Shown here: positions 1-11,770 of the stretch, piece after piece
How the letters are laid out: every line of letters starts with the position of its first letter
Numbering within the stretch: position 1 is the first letter of the stretch
Source of the DNA: Vicugna vicugna
Lineage: Eukaryota
Length of the DNA stretch: 64,000 nt
NCBI GenBank assembly: GCA_013265495.1
Contig: MU059662.1
Location: 1,302,001-1,366,000, forward strand
Direction of reading: 5' to 3'
Made by a program: the position numbers and the translations under genes
The notes under the pieces: generated by a model
Seen by the model: the letters and a program-made list of their open reading frames with translations, nothing else
What the model was told of the DNA's origin: nothing
Database searches by the model: none

Positions 1-54
1 CTGTTACTCCAGCTTTGTCTTCAGAGCCGCCCTCTGAAATCACACTGCCAGCCA

Positions 55-170
55 AACGCCTGACTTCTCTGTGCCTCGGTTTCCACATCTGCACAACGGG
101 GAGCATCACGACAGCACCTGCTGAAAGCTCTGTTGTGAAGCTTCAGTGAGACAATGTGAGAAAGCACAGG
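55..170 (+). mobile_element. MIR
   Basis: cttctctgtgcctcggtttccacatctgcacaacgggg (MIR core). Confidence 0.65.
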
Positions 171-981
171 CTGGTTCCCGAGCAGGGGCATGCCACGACG
201 GGCTTTAGAAAGACGCAGGCACAGTAGTGGGGCCGGGTTGGCTGAGGGGAGGACAGGTGAGGACCTCTGTCAGGAGGTGGCAGTCAGGCTCTGGGAGGTA
301 GAGGCGGCAGAGGAGGAGGAGACAGGTGTGAGGTTATAGGGCTTGTGGGAGGACCAGCTCTGGGCAGTGCAGGAGCCCAAGATGGTACCCAGAGCGCTGA
401 GCCTGTCTGGCTGGAGGATGCGGGGGCCACAGCAGAGCAGGGTGGTGGGGAGAAGGCTTATTTAGGGAGAAGACCCATGTGCCAGCCCTAGCCCAGCACT
501 GGCGTGTCTTGTATGGAGTAGAAAGAGAGGCTGATCCAAGGTTCAGCCTGCAGGGGACGCAGCTGCCAGGACACTGCTGTGTCTGTGCTGTCTCAAGCAT
601 TCCAGGGCTCAGACCGCAAGAACCCCTGCTGCGTCGGGAGAAAGTGACAGACCGCGCCTCTGGCGTTGGAGACCTGGCCCCAGCGGGGAGGGGGGCCCTG
701 GGGGCTCCGTACCAGCTGACTGGAGTTGCCAGCTGCAGTCCCATAAATCGCATCCTGGCCCAGGCTGGCAGCCCATTAACATGAAAGATTTTATCGCACT
801 TTACAACCTCCCTGTCTTGTACGGCGACAGCAGGTAATTAAAACAATAATTGTTTTCTGATGTTGCTTCTGCTGAACGATAAAAGCTTCCAGTTATTTTC
901 CTTTTGCTGGGGTCGGTGGTGACCCCCGCAGAGCGAGGCCTGCAGGGGCCTGATTTCCACTTGGCAAAGCTCTGAGCATGT

Positions 982-985
<4 letters not shown>

Positions 986-1062
<77 letters not shown>
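986..1062. repeat. Compound microsatellite (TC)n(CA)n
   Basis: Uninterrupted TC run 986-1044, then CA run 1045-1062. Confidence 0.97.
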
Positions 1063-1529
1063 TATGCCAGAGCACACTGTATATGTGTCCCTTGCAGGTC
1101 TGTCCTTCATGCTCAGACCTTAGCTGCTCCGTGAACTGCCCGGAGAGGGCTACCTTGCCTGGGAGCCCCAGGGAGGGGAGAAAGGGTCTGGCTAGGAAGG
1201 CTGGCAGCAGCTGGGTCCTGGAGGAGCTGGTCTGTCCAGAGCACGAGGGCGCCCTCAGTGGCTCCCATCCACTAGGAGAGGGAGGCACAAACAGGCTGTA
1301 AAGAGTGGGAGTGATGAGGAAGGGTGGAGGGGATGGAGGCTTGTGAGCAGCAGCCCTAGTGCTAATGAACTTGTACTTCCCGGGTGCCTGGAAGCCAGCC
1401 CAGCAGAGGTGGCTTGCGTGAGAGGGCTGGGGTCCCTCAAGTTCCAGAGACAGTGAGACTCAAGGATAAGAGGATGCATGGTACAGTGAAGGGTTTCCTG
1501 TGCCCCCTGAATAATTGTCTATCCCCTCT

Positions 1530-1760
1530 CCCTTCCATCTATCCATCCACCTGCACACCCACCTACCCCTCCACCTACCCATTTACCCACAGGCATCCAT
1601 CCACCCCTTTCCACCCTTCCGCCCATCTGTCCATCCGTCCAACAAATACTGAGCTTCTACTTCGTGCCAGGCACTGTTCTAGGCACAAGGGACAAAGCAG
1701 TGAGCAGGCCATGGCCCCTCAAGAAACTTACACCCTAATGTGGCGGAAGTAGAATATACG
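1530..1760 (-). mobile_element. L2 3' end with decayed (TCCA)n tail
   Basis: caacaaatactgagcttctacttcgtgccaggcactgttctaggcac. Confidence 0.7.
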
Positions 1761-2000
1761 TGAATGTGTCAATACAGAAGGCCCTCTCCGTCGCTGGTGA
1801 GCCCCACAAAGAGGCAAAGACGGAACGAAAGGCTGCTGCTTGACGTTAGGGGACCAGTCTCCACCCCCTACCCTGCGACTTGCCCTCTTTGCCTCACGCC
1901 GTGGAAGCCCAAGCTGGGTGGGCACAGGTGGGCGTGGGACGGTGACTGGTGTGATCTCTGCTCGTGCTGGTGCCTACGAATGACATCACACCTGGGGGCT

Positions 2001-2029
2001 CCCCCCCCCCCCCCCCCCCCCCCCCCCCC
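2001..2029. repeat. Poly-C homopolymer (29 nt) next to an assembly gap
   Basis: Direct reading. Confidence 0.95.
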
Positions 2030-2044
2030 GCCCCCGCCACCCAG

Positions 2045-2192
2045 NNNNNNNNNNNNNNNNNNNNNNNNNNNNNNNNNNNNNNNNNNNNNNNNNNNNNNNN
2101 NNNNNNNNNNNNNNNNNNNNNNNNNNNNNNNNNNNNNNNNNNNNNNNNNNNNNNNNNNNNNNNNNNNNNNNNNNNNNNNNNNNNNNNNNNNN
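2045..2192. other. Assembly gap (148 N)
   Basis: N run. Confidence 0.99.
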
Positions 2193-2569
2193 TTGTAGCT
2201 ACATTTATCCTGGTGATGAAACACACACACAAAATGGAGCAGAGGGGCGGTGAGGGCAGCTCCCCGGCTGGGGGCATGTGCAGAGGGAGAGGGGAGGGGT
2301 GGAGGGAAACAGGGTCCCCCAGGGCAAAGAGAGGCCCAGCCCTTCCCTGACAGCCAGCCGGACCCACTGCTTGCTGCAGGGCTGCGGGCCCCCAGCTGCC
2401 CCAGTCCCCGGGACCCGCCCTTTAATGCCCATCCTGGGCCATGTAAGCCACACCTGGCAGGGCTGGCCGGCCCGGCAGCAGCCCCCACATGAACTCAGGC
2501 ACCAGAAAAGCTGGAGCACCAAGAGAGGGGAAAAACAGCTTTGCAAGAATTTAATATTTCAAAGATAAG

Positions 2570-3350
2570 CATGAGGATACGGAAAAACTGGAACCCTCAT
2601 GCATTGCTGGCGGGAACATAAAATGGTGCAGTTGCTGAGGGAAACATTTTGGTGGTTCCTCAAGACATTAAACCGAGAATTACCGTATGACCCAGCAACT
2701 CCACTCTTAGGTATGTACCCAAGAGAACCAAAAACAGATCTTTAAACCAATCCTTGCACACAATTCTTCAGACCAGCATCATTCACAATATCTCCAAGGT
2801 GGAAACAGCCCAAATGTCCATCAAATGATGATAATGGATAAACCAAATGTGGGCCATCCGTACAACGGAATATTACTTGGTCATAAAAAGGGATGAAGCA
2901 CTGTTACGTGCTACAACATGGATGGAACTCGGAAACATGCTATGTCAGAGAAGCCAGACACTAAAGGCCACACACTGTATGATTTCATTTACGTGAAATA
3001 CCCAGAATGGACAAGTCTACAGCGACAGAAGGCAGATTGGTGTTTGCCAGGGACTGGGGAGAGTGGGGAATGGGGAGTGACAGCTAATGGGGTCTCCTTG
3101 GGGGCTGGTGAAAAGTATTTTGGAGCTAGATACAGTTGATGGTTGCATAACATTGTGAATGTACTAAATGCCACTAAACTGTGTACTTTAAAATGGTTAA
3201 ATTTGGGGGTTTGGGGGAATAGCTCAGTGGTAGAGCATGTGCTTAGCATGCATGGGTTCAATCCCCAGTATCTCCATTCAAAAAAAAAAGGGCAAATGAT
3301 TGTGTTCTAAAATGGCTAAATTTTATGTTGTATGGAGTTCACCTCAATTA
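2570..3350 (+). mobile_element. L1 3' end relic (L1MB-like), interrupted by a SINE
   Basis: Typical L1M ORF2-end/3'UTR text (gaattaccgtatgacccagcaactccactc..., aagccagacac...ctgtatgattt, gaatgtactaaatgccactaaactg). Confidence 0.85.
3205..3290 (+). mobile_element. Camelid tRNA-derived SINE (Vic-1-like), short type
   Basis: GGGGAATAGCTCAGTGGTAGAGC...GGGTTCAATCCCCAG plus A tail. TSD taaaatgg(t/c)taaattt at 3189-3204 and 3308-3323. Confidence 0.85.
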
Positions 3351-4119
3351 TATATTCAATAATCCATATACTTGTAAATATATATGTGGATCAAAGTGGT
3401 CTAGGAGGGGTGGATCTCAACTTCACCGGACTTCCCGCCTTAGCTCATTTTACGGGGTAGGATCTGGAACTGGAAGGCAGTGGGGGCGGCAGGATGGTGC
3501 TGAAGGGGCCTGTCGTGCCTTCTCCCCACGCCCTCCCTTCTCCCCGCCCTCTCCACTGCCCCTGCTCCCCATCCTAAGGCCTCAGGACCAGAGCCAGGAC
3601 AGCCCAGGCCCGGTCATCCTCTCCATTTCCCAAATGAGGCAGAGGACTGCGTCTGGCCCCAGGGCCACCCTCTGAACGCAGGTCTCCTGACCCTGGGCCC
3701 AGGGCGCTGTGCAGCCACTCCAGGCCTGGGCTCTCTGGTGCAGCACCCACACCTCCAAGTCACCGTCCTCAGCCACGCTGGCCCTATCAGATCTGCCTTC
3801 TGAGGGCCTTTTAATCACTCAGTTCCTCGACTATGCCTTTCAGGAAGCTGAGGGGGCACACAGCATAAATGAACAGAGACAAGCTGCCCTCTCCCTCCAC
3901 CCGAGTCCACGCTTCCCTGGCCGCAGACCACACTGGACCTCCACTCCCAGTGCTCATGCCCGCCTCTGGGCCGCTGCTCCCGCGGCTGACTCCTTCCTGT
4001 CATTTGGGTCTCAGCTTACATGCCACCTCCTCAGAGAGGCCTGACTGACACCGAGCTGGCCCGTGGTCCCGTGGTCCCGTGGCCCTCCCTGCTTCCCTTC
4101 CAAGTCCTGACAAGCATTC

Positions 4120-4290
4120 CTCATTACCTGAGTCTATCTGCTTGTTGACAGTGATCTCCCCCCACCAGAAATGTGGGTTCCTTGAGGGTGGGGACGGCGT
4201 CCGCCTTGCTCACCGCGTCTTTGTAGTGTCTAACTTGGGGCCCGGCACACAGTAGGTCCTCATCAACACGTACTGAACGACTGATGTGTC
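4120..4290 (+). mobile_element. L2 3' end
   Basis: ttccttgagggtggggac...ggcacacagtaggtcctcatcaacac. Confidence 0.6.
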
Positions 4291-6639
4291 CCCATCCTCA
4301 CCTGGCCCTGCCCCTCAGCCCATCCTCTTGGCTTCCCTCAAAAGCTCACTGGGGTCCTGGGCCTTCTGCCCCACTCCTCCCGCAGACAGGCTGAGGCTGG
4401 GACCTGGCTGGCAGGGCCACCATGTGACTCGGGCAGTGACTTCACCTCTGAGGCTGCCTGCAGCCTGTGTGCAAGGGCTTTGCCAGCGCTGAGCAATCAC
4501 ACTCATCGTGCACCTGCTCCCTTCCCTCGGGTTCCTGCTCTGACGTCCCAAGGACCCTGAGCCTTTCTGGCTCTAATGTCCCTCCCTCGCAGCTCTTCAC
4601 ATCCTGAGTGGCCACCGCGTGCCGCCCACCCACCCCGTCCCTGGTCTCGCAGGCTGGTTCCATGCTCCCGAGCACAGGCTCTCAGGAGGCAGTTCCTGGC
4701 CTCATCCCGGCGCGTGTCCTCCAGGCCTCGTCTGCGTGCAGCCTTCCTCGCAGCTGCCTCCATGTCCCTCTCAAAACTTTAAACTCCTCCCCGGGCTCCT
4801 ATGCTCTCTCTCTAGCCTCCTTCTGGCTTCCTCGGAATCACTCCCCAAATCCTCCTTTTCCATCTCAGCCGCAGCCACTCCCCAGTCACCCCTCAGAATG
4901 GGACTGGAGCCCGTGGCCAGCTCCCTCTGAACGGGCCTCTCGTGTCCACTTCCCGCCCTCACTGCCTCTCAAAGTGCCAGCCCTGGGTTCCCAATAATCT
5001 TTCAGCCGTTTCCACCCAACTAGCCGCTGCCACCTCAACTGGACGGGTGAAATCTGAGGCCCCAAATGCAGGCTCGCAGAGCTGGAAGGGAGGAGAGGAG
5101 AGGAAAGCATACAGCCTGGGCACCGTGCTGGGGGTGGGGCATGGGGTGGGGAGAACGCAGCCTCAGCGGGGGTGCCCAGGGTGGTGGGGTGCACACCTGC
5201 CAAGGTGGCAGTCAAGTCTCAGCCCCTGCCTGGCCAGGAAAATGGGCTCTCAGTGCCCAGATCTAATTTTTCTAGAGAAACCTGAAATCTGGACTTTCAT
5301 GTGAACTCTCTATTTTCTAGAATGTTCTATCTGCCTCTTGGGGATTGCATGCCCTGCACACTGCCACCTCTGGGTAGGTGCTTTGCCCACATGGTCATAT
5401 CTTCCTCCTGAGATTCTGTGCCAGGCCCCCTTCAGGTGTAGGGCACCAAAAGCCAATGAAACTGGAATAAACCTAAAGAGGGAAGTTCTTGGCTCAACAG
5501 TGGGGAAGGCTGGGGGGCAGCTCACAGGATTGAGAGAAAAGCTGCAGGAACCTTTGTCTCTGGGGCCTCGGGGCCACCAACTGTCTCTCTCTTCTGCTTG
5601 TCTCTGCACGTTGGCCTCATTAGCCAGGCTCTATCTATAGAAGGGGAAATGGCTGCCACTGGCCCAACATCTCTGACTGCATCTTCATAGCCGCCAACCT
5701 CAGAGGCAGATCCCCCTCCTCCAGGTGAGAAAAGCCATGAGAAGGATCCTGATTGGCTCATCCCAGGTCACATGGCCACCCTGGACCAATCACTGTGCCT
5801 AGGATCTCTGCCAGCTTGGTCAGGAGCTTTCTGTGGGGAAGATGGGGCCCCATGATTGACAGTCCCATCAGGAACACATTGTACTGGGAGAAGGTCATCT
5901 CAGGAAGAGTGCTGTGCCATTGAGAACGTGTGTTGAGTAGTCAAAACAACGAGCACAAATTCCCATGAGACGGGCTCATCCCTCCTGAAAGGCCAGTTCC
6001 TAACAGGTAAGAAACTTCTCAAGGCCAAGGCCAAGGCCAACCAGCACGGGTGGGGCTGGGAGTGGAGCCCAAGTCAGGGCTAAAGCCCCACCCGTTCCCC
6101 GTTACCATGGAGCGTCACCAAGGCCACCTGCCACCTGTCCATGGTCTCCCTGACAGGTCCGGACAGGGTCTGGTTCAACAGCCCTGCCGACAGGGAGCTC
6201 CCCGCCTGCCAGGGCCACTGGTGTCACTACTTGTCAGGAAGATCTTTCTCAGCCTCCGAGTCTCTTGCCTGCTGGTCCTGACCCTGCCCTCTAAGGCTAC
6301 ATGGAACAAAGCAACTCCACTTTTCCCACCTGCATTCAGGGCCTTGAATTATGTAGGACAGCCCCATTGTCACTGTGACATTTTGAGGACTTCTCTCCTA
6401 GGACATGATTTTAAGTCTCTCCCTTGGTTACATTGCATCTGCCAGTCCTGAGCACCCTGTTAACCCTCCCTTTGCTCCTCTGGGCCAGAGCCAGTTTCTG
6501 TTGCTTGTGGTCAAAGTGCCTGACTGACGTCCACGCCCGCGGTAGGGCCTGATGGGGCAGAGCTCCCTGGGTGGAGTGCATGGCATCACAGAACCCTCTT
6601 GCTTTCTCAGCTTCTCTCTCATCGAGGCTCCCTGTCCAT

Positions 6640-7130
6640 TTTCTGTTTCTGACATCACTTCCCCAGGCTTGAAAGCTCTGAATCATGTTTGCCTCTTTCC
6701 CATCCCGCGCCCCCCACGTGCAACATCCAGAGGCTCCTCCCTCCAAATGTCTCTCACATCCATCTCTCTTACTTCACCCCCGCTGCCTGCTCCCTGGGAG
6801 GGCAGGCCTCGTCATTTCTTGCCTGGATGACCGCTGCAGCCTCCTGGCTGGTCTCCTTGCCTCCAGCCTCTCCCTGCTCTCATCCATCCTCCATGCGCTG
6901 CCAGATTAATCTTCCTTAAACACCGCTCACTGCCTGTCACTCTCCAGCACAACGATGTAGCCAACCCTGTCGCTCACTGGTCCCCCACAGGCACTGTCTG
7001 CTTCAGCCGGGCTGCGCCTCTTGGCTCCCCTGTACACACGCTGTCACCAGGGAATGCCTGTTCTCTATTCTCCCTCTGTTCACTGTCTGGCCCAATGCCA
7101 CCCCATGCCAAGGTCCCAGCTGAGTACCTC
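6640..7130 (+). mobile_element. L2 relic
   Basis: ctgcagcctcctggctggtctccttgcctccagcctctccc...gccagattaatcttccttaaacacc. Confidence 0.55.
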
Positions 7131-7639
7131 TCCTCCTCTGGCCTTGGGACACCCACAGGTTGGGAGCAGAGGAAAGTGGGGGTGGCCAGGGACCAACCCT
7201 GAAGCCATAGCCCAGTTTGCAGATCAGCAGAGGGGTTGTCCTTGCCTGGCCTGTCTGGGATTTTGAATGTTGCTGTGGCCCCTGCCACCTCTCTGTCCAT
7301 GGGAACCTACCCCAGCTTCCAGGCTGTCAGGAGTCACCCCTGGTCAAGTCTTTTGGGTGGGTCATCCCTCACTACGTCAGCCTTCCTTCTCAAGCCCTCT
7401 TATGAATGCTCATCACCCCAGAATGAGCACCTTCCCAAGTTTCTAGACCCTCAGGGTTCTGCCCTGATGCTCTCTGCCAATGCTGTCAACCAAGGACCCG
7501 CCTCCCCCTGCCCCTTCAGGAGGTGTCACGGAGGGAGGCCAAGAGTGAGCATCCCCACTGCTGTCCACAGAGTGTCCCCAAATAGCTCAAACTGATGAAG
7601 TGTTTGCCCTGGGCCTGGCACAGGGCAAGTGTTCTGCAC

Positions 7640-7810
7640 AGAATAACTCATTTAATCCTCATAACCCTACAAGATAGGAGCCTTTCATTATTCAGATTTT
7701 CTGGATGAGGAAACTGAGGCACAGAGAGCTGAAATCACCTGTCTAAGGACATCCAGTTTAGGATTCCAACCCACACTATCAGCTCCAGAGCCCGACTCTT
7801 AGCCACAACC
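7640..7810 (-). mobile_element. MIR
   Basis: catttaatcctcataaccctac...gatgaggaaactgaggcacagagag. Confidence 0.8.
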
Positions 7811-7949
7811 CTCTAGTGCCTGACTCCCCACCCCTTGGCCCACCAAAGAGCTGGGGAGGTCACTGAGTCCGAAAGGGCGAGGTCTAAGGAGCCCCTGTCA
7901 CTCCCTTCCTGTGACCACTTCTTCAGAGGGCTGGGGTGGGACCAGGGAA

Positions 7950-8147
7950 CAGTGATGTGCTCAAGTTAGCTCATCCTGTCTTAGGACAGCCTGTTGTTAA
8001 AATTTCTGGAATTTTGCAAGCTGGTCAACATCACATTGGTAGCTTGAAATAGGCCACCGTGGGAGTATTTACACCATGGAAATTGGCAAATCTATCCCCC
8101 AGCTCTCCCAGAGAGCCAACTGTTAAACATTTACCAGCACATCACTG
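7950..8147. mobile_element. MER63-like hAT MITE
   Basis: Perfect 12-bp TIRs cagtgatgtgct (7950-7961) and agcacatcactg (8136-8147). Degenerate 8-bp TSD ccagggaa/ctggggaa. Internal ggtagcttgaaat...ggagtatttacacc. Confidence 0.8.
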
Positions 8148-9399
8148 CTGGGGAAGGAATGCTGACCACCCTCAGAAGGGCGTCCTGGCCTATGTGGGGC
8201 CAGGCTTCAGGCATCTCACACCAAAGACAAGTTTCCCCCACAGTGGACCCCATTCTTAAAAGAATAGGATCTTGAGAGGATCAGGTGGGTCTCAAAGATG
8301 GACCTCTGGCTGTGTGATCCCAAAAGATCTGGAAGAAGACGGACTCTCAAAAAGTGTCAGGGCAGCCGCAAGACATCTAGGTAGGCTCAGATTCTGACCA
8401 GACATGCCCAATATGGAAAGATGGCCCCAAACCAAGGACAAAGCCACCAATGAGAGGCGTGGACTGGAGAAACAAGCAGGGAAGGTGAAGCTCAGGTCCA
8501 GCTGAGGCTTGTGGGAAATGCCAAAGTAAGACAGGGCAGAAGGGGCTTGGAGGAAGAGGACCAAGAAAGGGTGGGCCTTCTGACCGGTTGAGGGGGATGC
8601 TGCAAAGCAGGCCTCCACCTCCTACCATTCTGCACATGACACCAAAGTAAAGAGACAGGACCGATGCTAGTAAGAAAGCACTGAAGGCCAAAAGGTGATA
8701 TGAAGGCAGGCTGAGTGGTTGTCGGGAATCAATTCAGGTCTTTTGGTCCTGATAGATCACACCCCAGGCCCTGGCCTGAGAACCTGCTAAACTCCTCTGC
8801 TGACCTCTGAGAGAGTGCGAGTGGGAGAGCTCATGAGGCAGGAGATGCGTGAGCTGTGGCCTAGTTTTCAAAAAAGGAAGAAAGTTGGATTTGGTGAATG
8901 CACGGTTAGGTTATTTGAGTGCAAGCAACAGAAATCGATTCTCATAAATTTAAGCGAAAAGGGGGAAATACTGGCAAGAAACTGGGTTGTTGAGAGAAGG
9001 GAAAAGAGGCTAAAAAGCAGGCTCTGAAGCAGGAAAGAAACCAGGATGGGGAAATCACTCACCTGTCTCGTTTGGGCTCTGCTGCCGAGATGAAGGGGCC
9101 TGACAAACGCCAACTAAGGCTGTACCGGGGGGGAGGTCAGGGGGTCCTGGTGGGACTGGGAATGGAAGCTGGACAGATAGAAAGCCCAACAAACGTCCAC
9201 GGGAATAGCCACAGCCTGGTACCCCCCATGCAAACTCCAGGCGTGATTCTGTTAGCACCTCTTGGTCAGCTACAGGTGACCGAGGGAAGCAGGGACACTA
9301 AGAGACCCATCAGGACCCCCAAGGAGCCATCACACCAGATCAGCTTCCCTTATCATAGGGTTACCGTTCTCACAGGTCCGGGCTGGACTGGAAACTGTG

Positions 9400-9650
9400 T
9401 GTCTGGATTTCAGCCAGGCACCTGATAAAATATCTCAAGATCCACAAATGGAGATGTATGAACTAGGTGACAGAACATTTAAGGGCATGCAAAACCTTCT
9501 GAATGGCCAACATTGTTTTCTAACACAGCCAATTAAATAGCTAATGTTGATCCAGACTTGGTTCTTTACCTTTGAGCCCCAGGCTGTGTCCTTGGTGCTA
9601 TTCAGCATTTTGATTAAATACTTTGGTAAAACCGACTGATGACACACTGG
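9400..9650 (+). mobile_element. L3/CR1 reverse-transcriptase relic
   Basis: ctggatttcagccaggcacctgataaaatatctcaagat (LDFSQAFDK-like), cccaggctgtgtccttgg...attcagcattttgattaaatactttgg, and gatgacac, all typical of CR1 ORF2. Confidence 0.55.
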
Positions 9651-11099
9651 TTAAATCTGAGGACCATGTGCGCAACCCTTCTCGGTGGACAAGAAGCTGC
9701 AAGTGGTGGCAAACAGCCTGGATCAGGACAGTGACACGGGTGGCTCAGGTTCAAGCTAACCTGCATAGCCATAAGCCCTGGCTCTGGGGACTGGCTCACT
9801 CCACCAGCACTTGAGTTGGGCCAATGAGGAAAGGTCAGGATGTCTGCATGTTGGCTGCAGGAAGAGATGCTCTCTCTTGCCCTGTAGCCTGGGCCTGCAA
9901 GGATATAGCCCTGGTAACTCCCGGCAGCTACCTTGGGACTGTGAAGCGAAGGGTTGTTGAAGAGTGGCACCCCACCCCTCCCCCCGACCAGGGCAGAGTT
10001 CGGGGATGAGTCCTGGTCACACTGTTATCCCTGGATCCAACCATGTCTGAAGCCAGAGCTACCCCTGGCCTTTCAGTAGTGTGCCAATACTTTTTTTTTC
10101 CTTAACCCAGTTTGTGTTGGGTTTTCCAAAATCTGCAATAGACACAGTATCCTATGCTAGTCCATGCCAGGGCATTGTGTCACAGTGGGATGCGCTCCTA
10201 GGACTGACATCCAGGGGCAGGTAGTAAAGATGCTGGGGACACAGAAGGGGGCTTGGAACCATGGGGAACAGCTGGGAGGACAGGAGGTGCCTGGCCTGGG
10301 AAAGGGCAGATGGAGCCCTGTCTTAGGGCCAGAAGGAGAAGCCAGGAACCATCCAGGGGAGCTTACCGGGAAGGATTCCACCTCACTATAAGACAGCTGC
10401 TTTAATTACAGCCCCAGCCACCTGAAAATGTGTGGCCGTGGACAAGTTGGAAAGCTAACCCCTAGGGGTTTTTTATGATCAAAGTCCTGTGGCCTGGACA
10501 ATCCAATCCAGGTTTAGAAAGTGCCTGCACCCCGGTGGGGTGTGGCGTCCGGAGGCAGGATGTAGGGGGGAAACGGGCTCTGGGAGGTAAGTGGATTAGC
10601 CCAAGATCACAGTGGAGCAAGGTGGTCCCCAGTCGTCTTTCAAGTCCATGGGACACCAGAAAAGGCTCTGACAGTAAATGGACACGTGGGACAGGGTTCT
10701 GGTCCCCGCTGATGTGAGTGGAGGGCGGTGAGGCTGAGCAGTAACACTTCTCTGAGCCTCAGCGTCCTCATCTAATAAATGGGACTAACCTCACCCACCT
10801 CCTGGGCTGTCCTGAGGTTCTGATCAGTTGACACAGGTAGAGCCCAGCCCCGGCCACAGTTCCCATTATCATCAAGTTAATTAGGAATAAAAGATACGAT
10901 AGTTTACAGCTACCGAAGCCTCCTCCTCTTCCCGCCCCAGGCCTCAATCCTAGCAGAAGGAGAATGAGTCTGGATGTCAAAGACTTGGGTTGGAACCCCA
11001 GGCCTGCCTAACCCATTCGGCACTCCCGAAGTGGGCCCTCCCTCATCTGTAAAATGGGACGGACCACAGCGGTGCATTTGAAGTCGCTGGCCTACAGGA

Positions 11100-11770
11100 G
11101 GTGCTCAGGCTATCTCCTTTCCGCTGCGAGGCCAGCCCGGGAGCTCTGGAAGCACGGAACGCAGCGGACCTCCAGAGGGGCCCACCGCTCCGCCTCGTCT
11201 CCGGGCCCCGAGGGAGGCGGCGCGGGTTGGGGCCGCGGTCCGGCGGGCGCGGGAAGCCAGGAGCGGCGGCCGCCGCGGAGCCGCCGTGCCCGGAGGCTGG
11301 ATGCCCGCTCCCCGGGCGGCAACCGAGCGCTCAGCCAGGAACTTGTTAACAGGCCCCGAACAAAGAGCCGCTAATCCGGCGGGCGGCCGCGGGCGGGCTG
11401 GCGGGCGGAGGGATCCCGCCCCTTCCCCGCGCGGCTGCCGAGTTTACCGCTCACTCATTACCCGGCGCGGGGCGGGGGCGGCGGCGGGGGGCCACAGGGC
11501 TGGACGCTCAGCGCCTCCTCCTCCGGGACGCCCCCGGGGGCGCGCCCCTCCCCAGGGCCCCGGCGGGCGGGCGCGGAGGCTAATTGCTAATCCCCTGGGC
11601 TCGGGCTCCCATTGGCTCGGGCACCTGCGGCCCCACAGCGGCTCACGTGCCCCGCGGCTCGCCTGGCCTGGGGCCTGCTTCCAGCCCGGGACCCCCGCCC
11701 GCCAAGCTACCTGGACAGCGGGGTGGGGGTTGTTTTGGGGAGAGGGGGAGGCTCCGGTCGCGCCGGGAAG
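11100..11770. promoter_or_regulatory. Intragenic CpG island in UNC5A intron 1
   Basis: Dense CpG/GC block with GC boxes (11469-11481), a CCAAT box on the minus strand (AGCCAATGGG, 11608-11617), and TAATCC at 11372-11377 and 11588-11593. Confidence 0.75.

Noticed and set aside
255-290. CTCF sites
   Set aside because: The best by-eye match (TCAGGAGGTGGCA) has two core mismatches. Nothing convincing without a PWM scan.
838-1301. ORFs with ERERER or LSLSLS runs
   Set aside because: Translations of the (TC)n(CA)n microsatellite.
3484-3504. RE1 site at ...TGGTGCTGAA
   Set aside because: Only one half-site matches; the GGACAG half is absent.
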